Shown: in pieces, positions 39,364 through 52,140 of the stretch
Numbering within the stretch: the first letter of the stretch is position 1
Layout: each line of letters opens with the position of its first letter
Origin: Octopus bimaculoides
Taxonomy: Eukaryota
Assembly (NCBI RefSeq): GCF_001194135.2
Contig: NC_069003.1
Location: 28,849,655-28,913,255, forward strand
Direction of reading: 5' to 3'
DNA: 63,601 nucleotides
The notes under the pieces: model-generated
What the model was told of the DNA's origin: nothing
The model's input: the letters and a program-made list of their open reading frames with translations, nothing else
The model's database searches: none
Program-made: the position numbers and the translations under genes

Positions 39364-40440
39364 CACTGCATAGGAGTGCTTTATAATTCCTCAATTTTTT
39401 GTACCGTTACCTCAATGGCCGTTTTTCCTGGGAGGTGTCTAATCCCATACATCCATCACTCAGGAACCCTTTAGCTAGTCATCTCTCCATTTCTCATAAC
39501 GCTTATTGGGTCCAATTGCGTCAGTCATGTAGTAATCATTATGCTTATTCCTAGTTTCCTCAAACATTGATTCGGAGGAAATGTCTAATTGATGGCATCG
39601 TTCCTGTATTCAACGTCATCAAAATTATAGTCATGGAAGACGGTTGTTATATATATATATATATATATATNNNNNNNNNNNNNNNNNNNNNNNNNNNNNN
39701 NNNNNNNNNNNNNNNNNNNNNNNNNNNNNNNNNNNNNNNNNNNNNNNNNNNNNNNNNNNNNNNNNNNNNNNNNNNNNNNNNNNNNNNNNNNNNNNNNNNN
39801 NNNNNNNNNNNNNNNNNNNNNNNNNNNNNNNNNNNNNNNNNNNNNNNNNNNNNNNNNNNNNNNNNNNNNNNNNNNNNNNNNNNNNNNNNNNNNNNNNNNN
39901 NNNNNNNNNNNNNNNNNNNNNNNNNNNNNNNNNNNNNNNNNNNNNNNNNNNNNNNNNNNNNNNNNNNNNNNNNNNNNNNNNNNNNNNNNNNNNNNNNNNN
40001 NNNNNNNNNNNNNNNNNNNNNNNNNNNNNNNNNNNNNNNNNNNNNNNNNNNNNNNNNNNNNNNNNNNNNNNNNNNNNNNNNNNNNNNNNNNNNNNNNNNN
40101 NNNNNNNNNNNNNNNNNNNNNNNNNNNNNNNNNNNNNNNNNNNNNNNNNNNNNNNNNNNNNNNNNNNNNNNNNNNNNNNNNNNNNNNNNNNNNNNNNNNN
40201 NNNNNNNNNNNNNNNNNNNNNNNNNNNNNNNNNNNNNNNNNNNNNNNNNNNNNNNNNNNNNNNNNNNNNNNNNNNNNNNNNNNNNNNNNNNNNNNNNNNN
40301 NNNNNNNNNNNNNNNNNNNNNNNNNNNNNNNNNNNNNNNNNNNNNNNNNNNNNNNNNNNNNNNNNNNNNNNNNNNNNNNNNNNNNNNNNNNNNNNNNNNN
40401 NNNNNNNNNNNNNNNNNNNNNNNNNNNNNNNNNNNNNNNT

Positions 40441-40471
<31 letters not shown>

Positions 40472-41164
40472 TAGTGAGCAAGCTACTTACCACACAGCCA
40501 CTCCTGCGCGTATGCATGTATTATTGGTTTTGTGTATGAGAGAGTGGGTGAATGAATGAATGAATGGGTGAACTTCAGTTTTGTCTTGTTTCTTTTGTTG
40601 TTATGTATTTACCTGTCCATTTGCAACAGATTCGGTATGCATCATATACTTGGAAATTGAAATTTTGAACATGCGCTTTGCCAATATCTCCGCTTTCTCA
40701 CATCAATTGAAGTGGACTTTGACTTTCATCTTTTCAGGTGACAGTAACGAGAGGCTCTGTCAAGTACTGGGGCATTATCATCGATTGATTACTTTCCGGC
40801 ATTCTTTAGCCTTGTGACTGCATCTAAAACACACAGGGAATTTCACATTGATGACAGCTTAGAATTAAAGTTTAATTTCATTTGGAATGAATTTGATTGG
40901 ATCCGAGTTAAGCTGAACTCTTCTTCAAATGATCACGTGAACCTTCCGCTAATGGATACTCTACGTGATCCCTGACCCGCCAATAGCAGCAGTTAAAACA
41001 TCTCTCAAACTTATATTACAGTACCTTTACAAAAGAAAATATCGAATGATGAATTCTTATTGTACTGTTGAAGAAAGTGGGATGGCCACGGTTAAAGTGC
41101 TTTTGATCATAAATCTGCACCATGAAGGAGGACATTCTGCTATATAGCAGTAATAATAATATTG

Positions 41165-41323
41165 ATTTTCAATTTTCGGCACAAGTGGAGCAAGATTTAG
41201 ACAGGGGATAAGTCGATTATACCGGCCCCAGTGTTAAACCGATATTTTATCGATCCTGGAAGGATGAAAAGCAAAGTCGACCTCCAAGGAATTTGAATAC
41301 AGAACGTGAAGACAGACGAAACG
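41165..41323 (-). mobile_element. SINE family A, 5'-truncated
   Basis: TTTATCGATCCTGGAAGGATGAAAAGCAAAGTCGACCTCC..GGAATTTGAATACAGAACG. Confidence 0.8.
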
Positions 41324-42175
41324 TATTCGTATTAAGAGTGTGTTATAATGACCTTATATTGTGATTGCCTTTTAAAAGCCTTAATAAATTCAATTCAAGA
41401 CACCTTTTGGATGAAACATTCCATTTAGAAACGTCCAGTTCTATCTTCAAACAGTGTAGCAGAATTACATTTTCCCGTGTGCTCCTCCTGTTTTTTTAAG
41501 AAGCTAATGTGCTGTGACAGGTAATTGGCAGCTGCGTTTTTTTGCCAGTCCAACCGCCCCGTAGAATTAACTTCATTGGCTTGTGTTAATGCGATGTTAT
41601 CCTTAGGACGTACATATGCCACAAATTGAAATTCATCTATTTCTGTCATGATAATTAGCAAGAAATCCCTATGGCCGAATGCAGTAACCAATTTGTAAAT
41701 GGTTCTACCTATCTTATATAATGAAACTGCTGAACAGCGATGGCAAACTATTATTAGCGTTCTGGACTGATATGATTTCAAAACGTAACACCAGTAAAGC
41801 TAATATATAATGATGTCCTAAGGATGAATAACCTACACATTTTATTACATTACATGTCTAACGATATACGTTCTATGATTTGCCAAATTATTCATTTGCT
41901 TCGATGTCACAGAATATATTATATCTTGCAGGATATCTGTTTTACATCACTATTCATTTTTATAGTCGTAGAAAAAAGGACAGCGAATAGGTGTGCACTT
42001 ACATGCTCTCACCTAATGCTAGGAATAACAACCAAATATACTTCATAAGGTGCCGTGTATGGCTAAAAGATACACCAAGCAGCTACAAGGATTTGTGTTC
42101 ATTCATGCTGCTCACCGCCTGATGGTACTTCCTTCTACAATGCTTTGGAATCACCAAAAGCATTGTGAATGAGAG

Positions 42176-42760
42176 TTGGTATACAGAATCTGTACTAAAA
42201 CCAACCGCGAAGATACCGTAGCCAGTCTTGAATGTTTATACGCCCCTCGTAACTATGTCCCCAACACCATGTCTATTATTCCCTCTCCTACACTGGTCCT
42301 ATGCATCCTACTAAGGTGTAGACACTCCCCTGTTAACCATGTTTCAGTCATGCGTCCACCACGCTACACCTCCACAACACTCACACACAAAGCTTGTTTC
42401 TTGACATACCAACGTTTCTCAGCACGTCCACCCACTTATAAGCGACTCTGTCCACGCATGCCAATGTATACACAAGGAAATAATTATACTAAAATGGATG
42501 CTGGATTACAACTACCTAAACCTTAAATGATTTTTACAAATTTGCACAAAACCTACCCGAATTCCCCACCTCCAATTTATTAATGGCAGAGTGAAGATTT
42601 GTAAGCCATTACAAAAATCTTCTATCTGTGACTCTTATGTTAATAGATGAACATACTTGGGTGTATGCATCGACAGTTCAACCAACACACCATTTCGACC
42701 ATACATTTACAAACATCAGGAACTCTCCTAACTCATAAAGTCTTGCCGCTATTTTAGTGA
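42176..42760 (+). pseudogene. Decayed I/jockey-group LINE reverse transcriptase fragment
   Basis: VPNTMSIIPSPTL (42257) resembles GVPQGS+LSPTL; TYLGVCIDSS (42651) resembles the KYLGV.+DS.L motif; the spacing fits RT motifs 4 to 7. Confidence 0.5.
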
Positions 42761-43269
42761 TGGGCTTGAACACTCTCAGGAAAAATTTAAATAAAACTTA
42801 AAGAAAAATCGTACATACATACATTTGTTTGTGTCTATGTGTGTGTGGGTGTGTAAGTGATTATCTGTGTACACATCATATTTCTTCTAAAAAGTGTGAG
42901 GAAACAAAGAAATGTCTTGGCTGCACCTGGAGTTAAATTAACCTAGATATACTGGAATTCATGACAAAGCAATTTTTGAATGAAAACCCAAATATATCAA
43001 ACCCAAACAAAAAAAAGACATAAAAAAGCCAATCTGACAATATAATTATACTGTTTCCCTATTTCCGTAAATCCCTCGTTCAATAAAATCTAAATCAGTT
43101 CTGTATTATTCAAAAGAAAACGTTAAAAGCCCTTTTCTCTCGATACAGCAAAACAATCTGTTCAATAACCTTGAATACACCCTGCAGCACTAAAATCATT
43201 TACTTCGCGTTATGCTTATCTTTGCTCAAATACAGACATGCGCACACAGACACGCATACACTCACACAG

Positions 43270-43307
<38 letters not shown>

Positions 43308-44430
43308 GTGTATGTGTATGTGTGGTTTTTGCATATAATATTCTATAGTGCTTTGTTGATCGTCTTTTGGAAACCACGTATTCTTTCGGCGTGTTTTGAT
43401 TTCTGTAGTTCGTGTATTTCTTTTGTTGCTTGAAAACTGTGATTTTCCTGTTGGTTTGTTATTAGTGGGTGAGGCGTAGTTTTTGTGTGTAATAACTGAG
43501 TCGTTGTATAACGTCATATATTTTGATGCTTTTGTCTTTTAGTTGATAATAATATTTTGCTCGACTGCAGTTGGTATTATTGCTGTGGACCTGGTTTGCG
43601 TTGTATTTTCGTTTAACATGTTATTTGCTTCTTGCCTATTATCTGTAGTTTTTGTATTGGTATTGCAATGGAATTATTTTATCCTTTCTTGATCTTATAT
43701 ATATATTTATTCCTTACCGTTTTTACCCTTTTTGTCTTATTTTACTTGCTCTCCACCCTTTGAAAATTTTCAAGTACGTACGCCCACATGCACCTATAAA
43801 CTTTCATACAGTAAACACGCTTGCTCGCGCACAACAGTATACATTCCTTTGCAACAATTATTCCCCATTCTGCTTTGAATTCCAACTGCAATAGTACCTC
43901 ACACTTTAAGCATACTTTTCTCTCCCTCTTCACCAAAATTGATTCTCCTCTCACTTCTCTTTACATTATCTGTTTCTCAAAGGCCAATCAATACTTTTGC
44001 AAATCTCTATGACTTCTACTCTCGCGGAAATTGGCACCAGTTACGTAAAAAGCCAAAGACTGTTCAGCATTATTATATATACGGTACTTGCCCACATAGA
44101 ATCTCTATGTGCGTCTGGGAGGATTAATTAAATAAAAACAAAGTAAAAATGAAACCTATCAAAAGCTGATGAGGATCTCCAAATCAGTGACATCCATGGC
44201 ATCGAGTGGAGATGAGTTTTTGGAGGAACGACGCAATCAATGAAACGTATGAATGTAAATGACACCAATATCCCATTATATATTGGATCAGTCAGAGCCC
44301 AATTTCTTACAGAAAAAGGGAAGCTGGAAAAGAATGAAAAAATAAATATAAACTACGGATAATTCTTCGATATAAAGGCAATGAGAAAGCGTTGATACAT
44401 CCCACATACATTTAAACATATACATAAGCA

Positions 44431-44692
44431 GGGACGGGGTACTGAAAAATTCCAGGCTTTAAGAGTGTCGTGAAACACCCTGTTTGGAAGGGGAATATTT
44501 TGGATAAAATTATAATTAAGCGATCCTCCTGTATACCCAAAGCCAGAAACTTTTCTGTACACCCTACTCTGTAGGTCTAGCTGGAGGCCCAAAATTCCGA
44601 GTTCTTTCACATGACTTAGAAAAACTGAAGGACTGCTGCAAAAGTGTACGAATCTGAGAGGGGCATATATGTTGAATAAAATCGAAATTACC
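44431..44692 (+). mobile_element. Rearranged copy of the 1701-1924 mariner MITE
   Basis: Left TIR 44434-44460, right TIR 44539-44573, and the middle segment (GGAGGCCC...GAATCTGAGAGGGG) lying outside the element at 44574-44692. Confidence 0.8.
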
Positions 44693-45264
44693 TATGTATA
44701 TATACACACACACAAAACACGAAGCTGGTTTGAAGTATACGATTGCTGGGGCAACTTATTTTCTACATACTCATCCCTCCTCAATGACTTTCCATTTGGT
44801 TAGTATGAAAATATATTCATAATTATTAAGTGCGGGCAATTATCAAGGTAAAAAAATAAGTAAGAGTAAATGTGAAAATACAGGAACAGGTATATCAAAA
44901 TATTCGATTAATGTTAGTGTTAAGTATCTTACAAATAAGCGTAAATTATTATGTTAGCATAATTATAGATTAAAGGGATAAGTATATCAAAAGAAATGAC
45001 ATTATTAAAGAGAGAGTAATATATCACAGTATAAGTCAATGAAGATGTCCCATAATTTACCTGAAGTTAATTATATTGTTAAACTTAAGACCTTGCGTAA
45101 CAGGTCTTGTGTAACAGATTAAGCTTCTGATTTATATGAATCGAGAATATTTAATTTTGGAAAACTGTTAGCTTCACAATGAAAGATTCACAATATCACC
45201 CAAATTAAATTAAAACCCACAACGATACGAAAAAAAAAAAAAATTTCAATATAAACACGATGTT

Positions 45265-45770
45265 GTAGTTGTTTCGTTGTTGTTGTTTTTGTTGTTCTGC
45301 TTATTGTTCTTGCTTTTGTTATCGTTCTTGTTCTTGTTCTTCTTCTTCGTCTTCTTCTTCTTGTTCTTGTTCTTGTTCTTCTTCTACTACCTCTTCTTCT
45401 TCTTCTTCTCCTTCTTCTTCTTCTTCTTCTTCTTCTTCTTCTTCTTCTTCTTCTTCTTCTTCTTCTTCTTCTTCTTCTTCTTCTTCTTCTTCTTCTTCTT
45501 CTTCTTCTTCTTCTTCTTCTTCTTCTTCTTCTTCACGGTTCTATCTTTCCCTCGTATGTATCTTCCGATTTTATCCTGGTCTTTGGGAATTATCATGTAT
45601 AAATATTATTTGTTGCTCAGCAGAAGATGAAGGTGTGAAGCTACAAGTTGTTACCAATAGGGGTTGCTACCAATAGGGGACTATCTAAGTATAATATAGG
45701 GCCTACATATATTTTCTTTTTCTATAGAATGAAAATTATTGCAAAGTCTCTGACCAGAGAATCAAAGAAG

Positions 45771-45809
<39 letters not shown>

Positions 45810-46005
45810 TTGATGATGGTGATGATGATGATGCTGGTGAGAATAATGATGATGATAGTGATTATGATGATGAAGTTGATGATGACGATAATGATGATGT
45901 TGATGGTGATGAGGATGATGATGATGGTGATGATGATGATGGTGATGATGATGAGGAAGATGATTGTGATGATCATGTTGATGAGGATGATGGAAATGTT
46001 GAAAT
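45265..46005. repeat. (TTG/TTC)n array 45265-45535 and (GAT)n compound array 45770-46005
   Basis: Direct inspection; source of the poly-S/F/K/M/I ORFs. Confidence 0.95.
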
Positions 46006-46242
46006 CATGACGACTTCAAATATATTTAATTTTCGTGAGATTGAATCTTCTACTCAAGTAATATTAGCGTTAATTTTAATAAATATATTTCCTACTCAAT
46101 GACACATATTAACCTCGTCTTACTGTTGACGGGAAACCGCTAGAACATTAAATTTGCAACTATGAATTCAGTTAGCTGAATTACGTTAAAGCTCTCACTT
46201 TCTCTCTCCCTCTCTCTTTCTCTCCTTCTCTATCTCTCTGTG

Positions 46243-46301
<59 letters not shown>

Positions 46302-46411
46302 NNNNNNNNNNNNNNNNNNNNNNNNNNNNNNNNNNNNNNNNNNNNNNNNNNNNNNNNNNNNNNNNNNNNNNNNNNNNNNNNNNNNNNNNNNNNNNNNNNN
46401 NNNNNNNNNNN

Positions 46412-46451
<40 letters not shown>

Positions 46452-48930
46452 TACTGGATGGTATATACTTGTTCACGTTAATCTGTCCCATACAGCTAGA
46501 CATTTGAAAAAACACAACATAACATTTTTAAAAATATGTTAATTCAACTCGTATCAGCTAAACTTTCTGGACTCAGATATCTGTGCGATTGCAGAACCCC
46601 TGCTCCCCACTCAATTTGCTCCTATTAATTTGCTCTCCTCAGTTTCCTCGCCTAACCTCCCTCCTTCTCCTAGAGTGTTCTTCTCTTCTATTCTATATAT
46701 ATATTTCACTCCCAAATGTTTACGTAATGTACAAAACGGAACATCTCAATTGAAGTTTATCTAAATATTTACAATATTTAAAAATGACATGGCTACATTT
46801 TTATTGTTAACATTTTTTTTCAAATAATTTTGTTTCCATTTTATGAACTAGATATTCCAATATCAAAGCGTCAAACATATCTTGTTTATGAATTTCTTCA
46901 ATAAAATGTCACCTGATTCCACAGTAATTTTCTATTTGTCTTTTAGTTTAAATAAGTTAAATTTGTTTTTCATTAGGAAAACTTGTTTACACATTGCGAC
47001 ACATATTTTAAAACATAAACGTTAATATTCTTAAGACTTTGATGTTACTCACTCAATGCGCAGGTTGTAGAGAGTGTTACTGTCGATGATATTGCGCTAT
47101 TGTTGTGTTGTCCGCTGTTAACTCTGAACAACGTGAAACTCAAATGTCTTCTACAGTACAACTGGCGAGAACGAATCAGACCAGACCAGCCCTGACAATT
47201 CTACCTTTTACAGATAATTGTCTTATATCATAAGCTGTGACTACATTATGCTGCGTTTGTACGATTGACGGTGGCTATCGATGTTTGTGGGTTAATCCCA
47301 TGAGAAACAGAACGTATAGGTTGAACAAGCAATCACAGAAGGATTAAGTTATAAATGAATAAAATGTGGATAAAATATTTCCTAATTATTTAACTAAATA
47401 TTGAATAATTGAATGCGGTAACTGTAGAATATCTGAACATTGCAGTATTATCTATTTATTTGCAAAGAACTTAATACCTTCGAGACAAAATCCTGTTGCA
47501 AATTGAAATAATTCTAATCTTCGGGCATGTTTTCAGACAACCGAAACTTCAGTACTGGCTGGGAATTTACTCACACTAGATAAAAATATTTGAATGTTAC
47601 CCAACTGTTATATTGAACAATATGAGCATATGTTTAATGAACTATGTAGTATATTAATGAGGTTTTGAAAGATGTGGAGAAACTTGCATTAGTAGCATTA
47701 TTAGAGAATTACATAGTTGAAAGATTGTGTGCATTCATGAAAATGCCTTCTCTGAAAACTAAAATCAACTAGACAGAAGTCATAGCAAGTGTATAACAGA
47801 GGATAGTATGTCAACAAAAAGAAATAGTGGAGATATAACAAGTAAAGAACCTCATCCATGAACAAGAGTTGTGATCGAACTTACGTTGTTTGGCTGATTG
47901 AATGCTTCCAGTAGGTGCGTGCGAACTTTTTGTTCCCGAAGGTTCACGTTTGAGAAATAATTCACTCGATAGTCTGATTTCAACGGACGGAGCTCATTGG
48001 TCCGCTATTTCTTTTTTTAGCGCATACAAGGATAAAATAGAATTTAGTTTAATAATTATATTCTCAGACAAATCCATATTTCAACAAAAAGACATCAAGA
48101 GTTATTTCCCCTGCTGATCGTTTATGCAAATGTGACAAAGAATAAAAAAAAAAACACGTTTCGATTCATCAGTCCACCAGTGTTGAAGACAATCAAACAA
48201 GAATTTATTGAGTTCGAGCCACTAATTCACGGAGTATTTCTGCTAAATTTAGTGAAAATCTGTTTTGCCGTTTTCCAGTAATGTTGCAAAAACTGACAGA
48301 AACGAGCGGCTAGAATGACCCTGGTACATCTACGCGCGCAGGGTTAGAAATATTCTGAAATCCGCAAAACTTTCGCTCGTTGGAATGTCGAATCAGTCTA
48401 TTTTCATTCGTATAATCTGCCATTCGTCTTTTGACATCACTTTTGCCTCTATCTATACATTATTTAGAAACCGTAACTGTATTGATTTTCTGAAATACTT
48501 TTCTTTAATAGACAACGCTGCTGCATGTATCTAATTATCTCAATGTACGGTTGATGTAACTTTGATTAGCTGTCCTACGTAAATAAACCATTACTTCCTC
48601 GTATATGCTTTACACAACTCCTGTATATCCGATCGAACATCCTGGCTCCAGATTCTCCCCTTTCACAATACAATGACCATAACAAATACTTTACAGAAGT
48701 CGTTTTAAAATCGCAACTAAATATGCATTTTAGATTACGTTGACTGATCAATAAATATCCGGCTTTTTGGTATAGTAACGAAACTAAAGCACGCATCATA
48801 AAGCCGTTCGGCGCAGATTGACCTTAAATGTTGTTCTTTATGTACACTAAGCTTTAACGTACTAACTCAGGTCCTCTGTTTACAGCAGTGCTTGGAGGAA
48901 CGAATGTAGCGTGTGATCACCGAATTGACC

Positions 48931-49290
48931 ATGACAGAGAAAGTTGAGCCGAGAATCTGCATCAAATTGCCAAAAGTTTGGGGATACCTGTTCAGAGGCC
49001 TATGCACAATTTTCCAAAAGTTTTCATCGTTCTCACCACAATCCGGGAGATCTTGTGCAATTGAAACCCGAGTGTCTTTTTGGTCAGCTGAAATCTCATT
49101 TGGCACACACTTGGTAGACACACGTCTCGTACCCGAATCCTCAGTGATAATGGGCTGAACTAAACCGTAACTAATTTGCACACCACGTGATAACTCTCGG
49201 ATGGTGATTCGACGATTTCTCCCACGAACTGCACGCACATCTGCAATGTTCTACTCAGTTCTTCATGATTATGTCTGGTCGGTTAGCTTT
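48931..49290. pseudogene. Mariner transposase relic with internal inversion
   Basis: Plus strand 48931-49020 reads MTEKVEPRICIK/CQKFGDTCSEAYAQF (mariner N-terminus). Minus strand 49290-49015 reads NIADVRAVRGRNRRITIRELSRGVQISYGLVQPIITEDSGTRRVSTKCVPNEISADQKDTRVSIAQDLPDCGENDENFWK (second HTH plus WVP-like linker). Confidence 0.85.
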
Positions 49291-49634
49291 ATTTTCTTTG
49301 TCCGTTTGAGCTGGAATATGATTGTGCCCTGGTCATTGTCTTGCCCCTAGTTTGGTGCATGTTTATAACATTTATTGTCAGTTCTAATGATGTATTGTTG
49401 GAATATTTTCCAGTGGATATAACTACTTAGTCGTGTCTGTATACATATTCAGATTTGGCAAAGACTAAACAGCCAGAGATGACATGGTCAACTGTCGCAT
49501 TGTGCTGATTGCATATTCTGCATTTAGTTCTAAGGCCTGTTTTCCTTATTTTCCTTTTAGAATTGTTCGTAGCCAGGCGCTAAACTTGTGCAGCAAGAAT
49601 CAGACAGTCCATTTCAGCTTTAAATCCAGAGTTA

Positions 49635-49692
<58 letters not shown>

Positions 49693-49710
49693 TGCTGTTC
49701 TTATTTTTAT

Positions 49711-49873
49711 AAAGGCGGTGAGCTGGCAGAATTGTTAACACGCTGGACGAAACGCATAGCAGAATTTCGCCCGTCGCTACGTTCTGGGTTCAAATTCAAC
49801 CGAGATCGACTTTGCTTTCATCTTTTTCGCAGTCCCCCAAATTTCAGGCCTTGTGCCTATTGTAGAAATTATT
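49711..49873 (+). mobile_element. SINE family A, internally deleted, flanked by (ATT)n
   Basis: GGCGGTGAGCTGGCAGAATTGTTAAC...GGGTTCAAATTC...GACTTTGCTTTCATC, then tail GGCCTTGTGCCTATTGTAGAAATTATT; (ATT)n at 49630-49695 upstream. Confidence 0.85.
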
Positions 49874-50321
49874 ACCATTATTATTGTTCCGTTGACAAAT
49901 TTTTATCGCATTCTTTCTCAGCGTTACTGAGCGCAACTATTTCGCCTTGGATATGTGTAATGTTTTGCTTTAATTTTAGTATCTTATGGTATTGAATCTA
50001 TCTCCGTAATGTGTTATAATGTGTGTGAGATACCCAGCAGCACCCTTTTCTCTATTCTATGCATATATATGTGCTGGGTATACATGCATCTATGTATGTT
50101 CTGCTGGGTAGCTGCATGTCGTTTACTATTCCCAAAGAATTTATCATTACAAGGGTCCTTTCGGTTTCTAGGTTCCACATCCTGGATATATGTATTTCGA
50201 GAGATTTATAGAGAGATTATCCCCCCGCCCAAACTCGATCCGCACTCTGTTAGAAATGCATTATCTGCTGTTGAGACGGATGTATCGATAAGGAATGTTA
50301 TGCTGAAACGCAGATTCTTGC

Positions 50322-50355
<34 letters not shown>

Positions 50356-50658
50356 CTTCTTCTTCTTCTTCTTCTTCTTCTTCTTCTTCTTCTTCTTCTT
50401 CTTCTTCTTCTTCTTCTTCTTCTTCTTCTTCTTNNNNNNNNNNNNNNNNNNNNNNNNNNNNNNNNNNNNNNNNNNNNNNNNNNNNNNNNNNNNNNNNNNN
50501 NNNNNNNNNNNNNNNNNNNNNNNNNNNNNNNNNNNNNNNNNNNNNNNNNNNNNNNNNNNNNNNNNNNNNNNNNNNNNNNNNNNNNNNNNNNNNNNNNNNN
50601 NNNNNNNNNNNNNNNNNNNNNNNNNNNNNNNNNNNNNNNNNNNNNNNNNNNNNNNNNT

Positions 50659-50722
<64 letters not shown>

Positions 50723-50751
50723 TAATAATAATGATAATAATAATGATAATA

Positions 50752-51254
50752 GTTTCTGATCTTTACTGATTGGAAGTGTTATTATGCACACTGTTTTGTT
50801 TTGATAGAAAAGATGAACTATAGTAAATATTGTGATCAATACCACAGATTTGCATGTCGTTTGACCTTTACCAGTTGAGGATGTCCCTTAGTCGCTGACG
50901 ATATGTGCATCTCTGATCACGAGCAGAAGTAGTGGGGGAGCATCATAGTAATTCGTTGGAGTTTGGATCATTTACCTTTGGAAACATGGGTGTTTCGTTC
51001 AACATCCTTAAACAACCATTATTAAGGGACCTTTTGATGGTGATGTGCTACTCGACCTGAAGAAAATTCTAACTGGGACCCACATGCAAGATCATGCGCT
51101 GTTTATCTTGATATGAGATCACTATGTCGTGCAAATATGAGTGTGATGCACATGCCTGGTGTACCCTTATCACATGGATAGTCATGGTGGGTATACTGGG
51201 CGTCTACTATTTTACCCCAGGGTCACTTTGATGGCATGCACTGCTTTCTCACTC
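50752..51254. mobile_element. ~500-bp non-coding interspersed-repeat-like element embedded in (AAT)n
   Basis: GC-richer block with sharp edges; (AAT)n at 50660-50751 on the left and CTCACTC|AATAATAAT on the right. Only one copy lies in this window; repeat status is recalled from octopus sequence, not shown here. Confidence 0.5.
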
Positions 51255-51339
51255 AATAATAATCATAAAAATAATTATGTTAACGATAGCTATTATTGCT
51301 AGTACCATTTTATTATTATTGTTTTATTTGTACAAGTGG

Positions 51340-52140
51340 AACACGCCTCCTCGCATCGCTGGTAAACTTTCGTTACTTGTTAAAAATGATTTCCGTTAAT
51401 ATCTTGTTTTGTTTCTAACTTGGTCAAACTTCTTAGAAATTAACGAATTCCGTTTTGTTTTAGTCCTTCGGGGCGGAAATTGTTTTTCTGTTCTAGAACT
51501 TGCTCATTAATTAAAACAACAAAATATGGCGTCGACGTTATTGACAGCATACTAGAGCATTGTTAATCGTGTTTGGAACTGTAGTTTTCTCATCTCTTTC
51601 CACCACCTTACCGGTTGTAAGTTAACAGATGACAACAAAAGTAAGAAACAGCAACAACTGTAACCATCTCTACAGCAAAAACAAATATAAAGTAACCGCC
51701 ATCTTCTTTGCAGCTGGACAACATCTAAAAGAACAAAGACATGGTATCATAACCCCTTCCACCGTTACGACTGTAGGAGACGATATTACAAGACGAATAA
51801 CAATGTAATAGACGCCCAATTCAGCGATACAGAGCTCAGATTTCACACAGCTAAACAAAGACGCCACGCTCAAACTCACACACACAAACACACACACACA
51901 CACCGCTACCAACACCACCACCACTAATACCAAAACAACAGCAACAATAGCAACAACAATAACCACTAGAGTCACTCGGTCATCGCTCAAAGCAGCAACA
52001 AACCATGGATGTTCAATACCTTGAACGTTTACGACTGAACTGAGAACACCAAAAAGGCGGAATCCCTGCAAAATGCAGAGTACCAGCCACAGAGTACAGA
52101 CAATATATGAATAAAGGATGATATCATACAATACGTATTA
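51340..52140. promoter_or_regulatory. CpG-rich unique region with two YY1-type motifs; possible promoter or 5' UTR
   Basis: AATATGGCG at 51523-51531 and CCGCCATCTT at 51696-51705; many CpGs; CA/CAC/CAA repeat tract; minus-strand donor CG|GTAAGG at 51611. Confidence 0.35.

Noticed and set aside
40720-40770. Strong acceptor-like CTTTCATCTTTTCAG|G
   Set aside because: It is the pyrimidine-rich core of a degenerate family A SINE (about 40670-40790).
41425-41781. 118-aa minus-strand ORF in unique sequence
   Set aside because: No ATG start, no clear splice pair and no recognisable motif; the length is compatible with chance.
43330-44050. Possible Penelope N-terminal piece (-, QKLRLTH, KNTWFP) and I-group LINE C-terminus (+, 43730-44050)
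   Set aside because: Motif similarity is too weak and frameshift-dependent to call by eye.
44166-44190. CTGATGAGGATCTCCAAA, a hammerhead-like start
   Set aside because: CAAA replaces the invariant GAAA and there are no flanking stems.
48140-48180. Minus-strand CTGATGA-ATC-GAAAC, a hammerhead-like core
   Set aside because: Only 3 nt lie between the core halves and there are no convincing stems I or III.
51670-52131. 153-aa hydrophobic minus-strand ORF that looks like a membrane protein
   Set aside because: The hydrophobicity comes from the complement of CA/CAC/CAA repeats; it has no ATG start in context and no recognisable domain.
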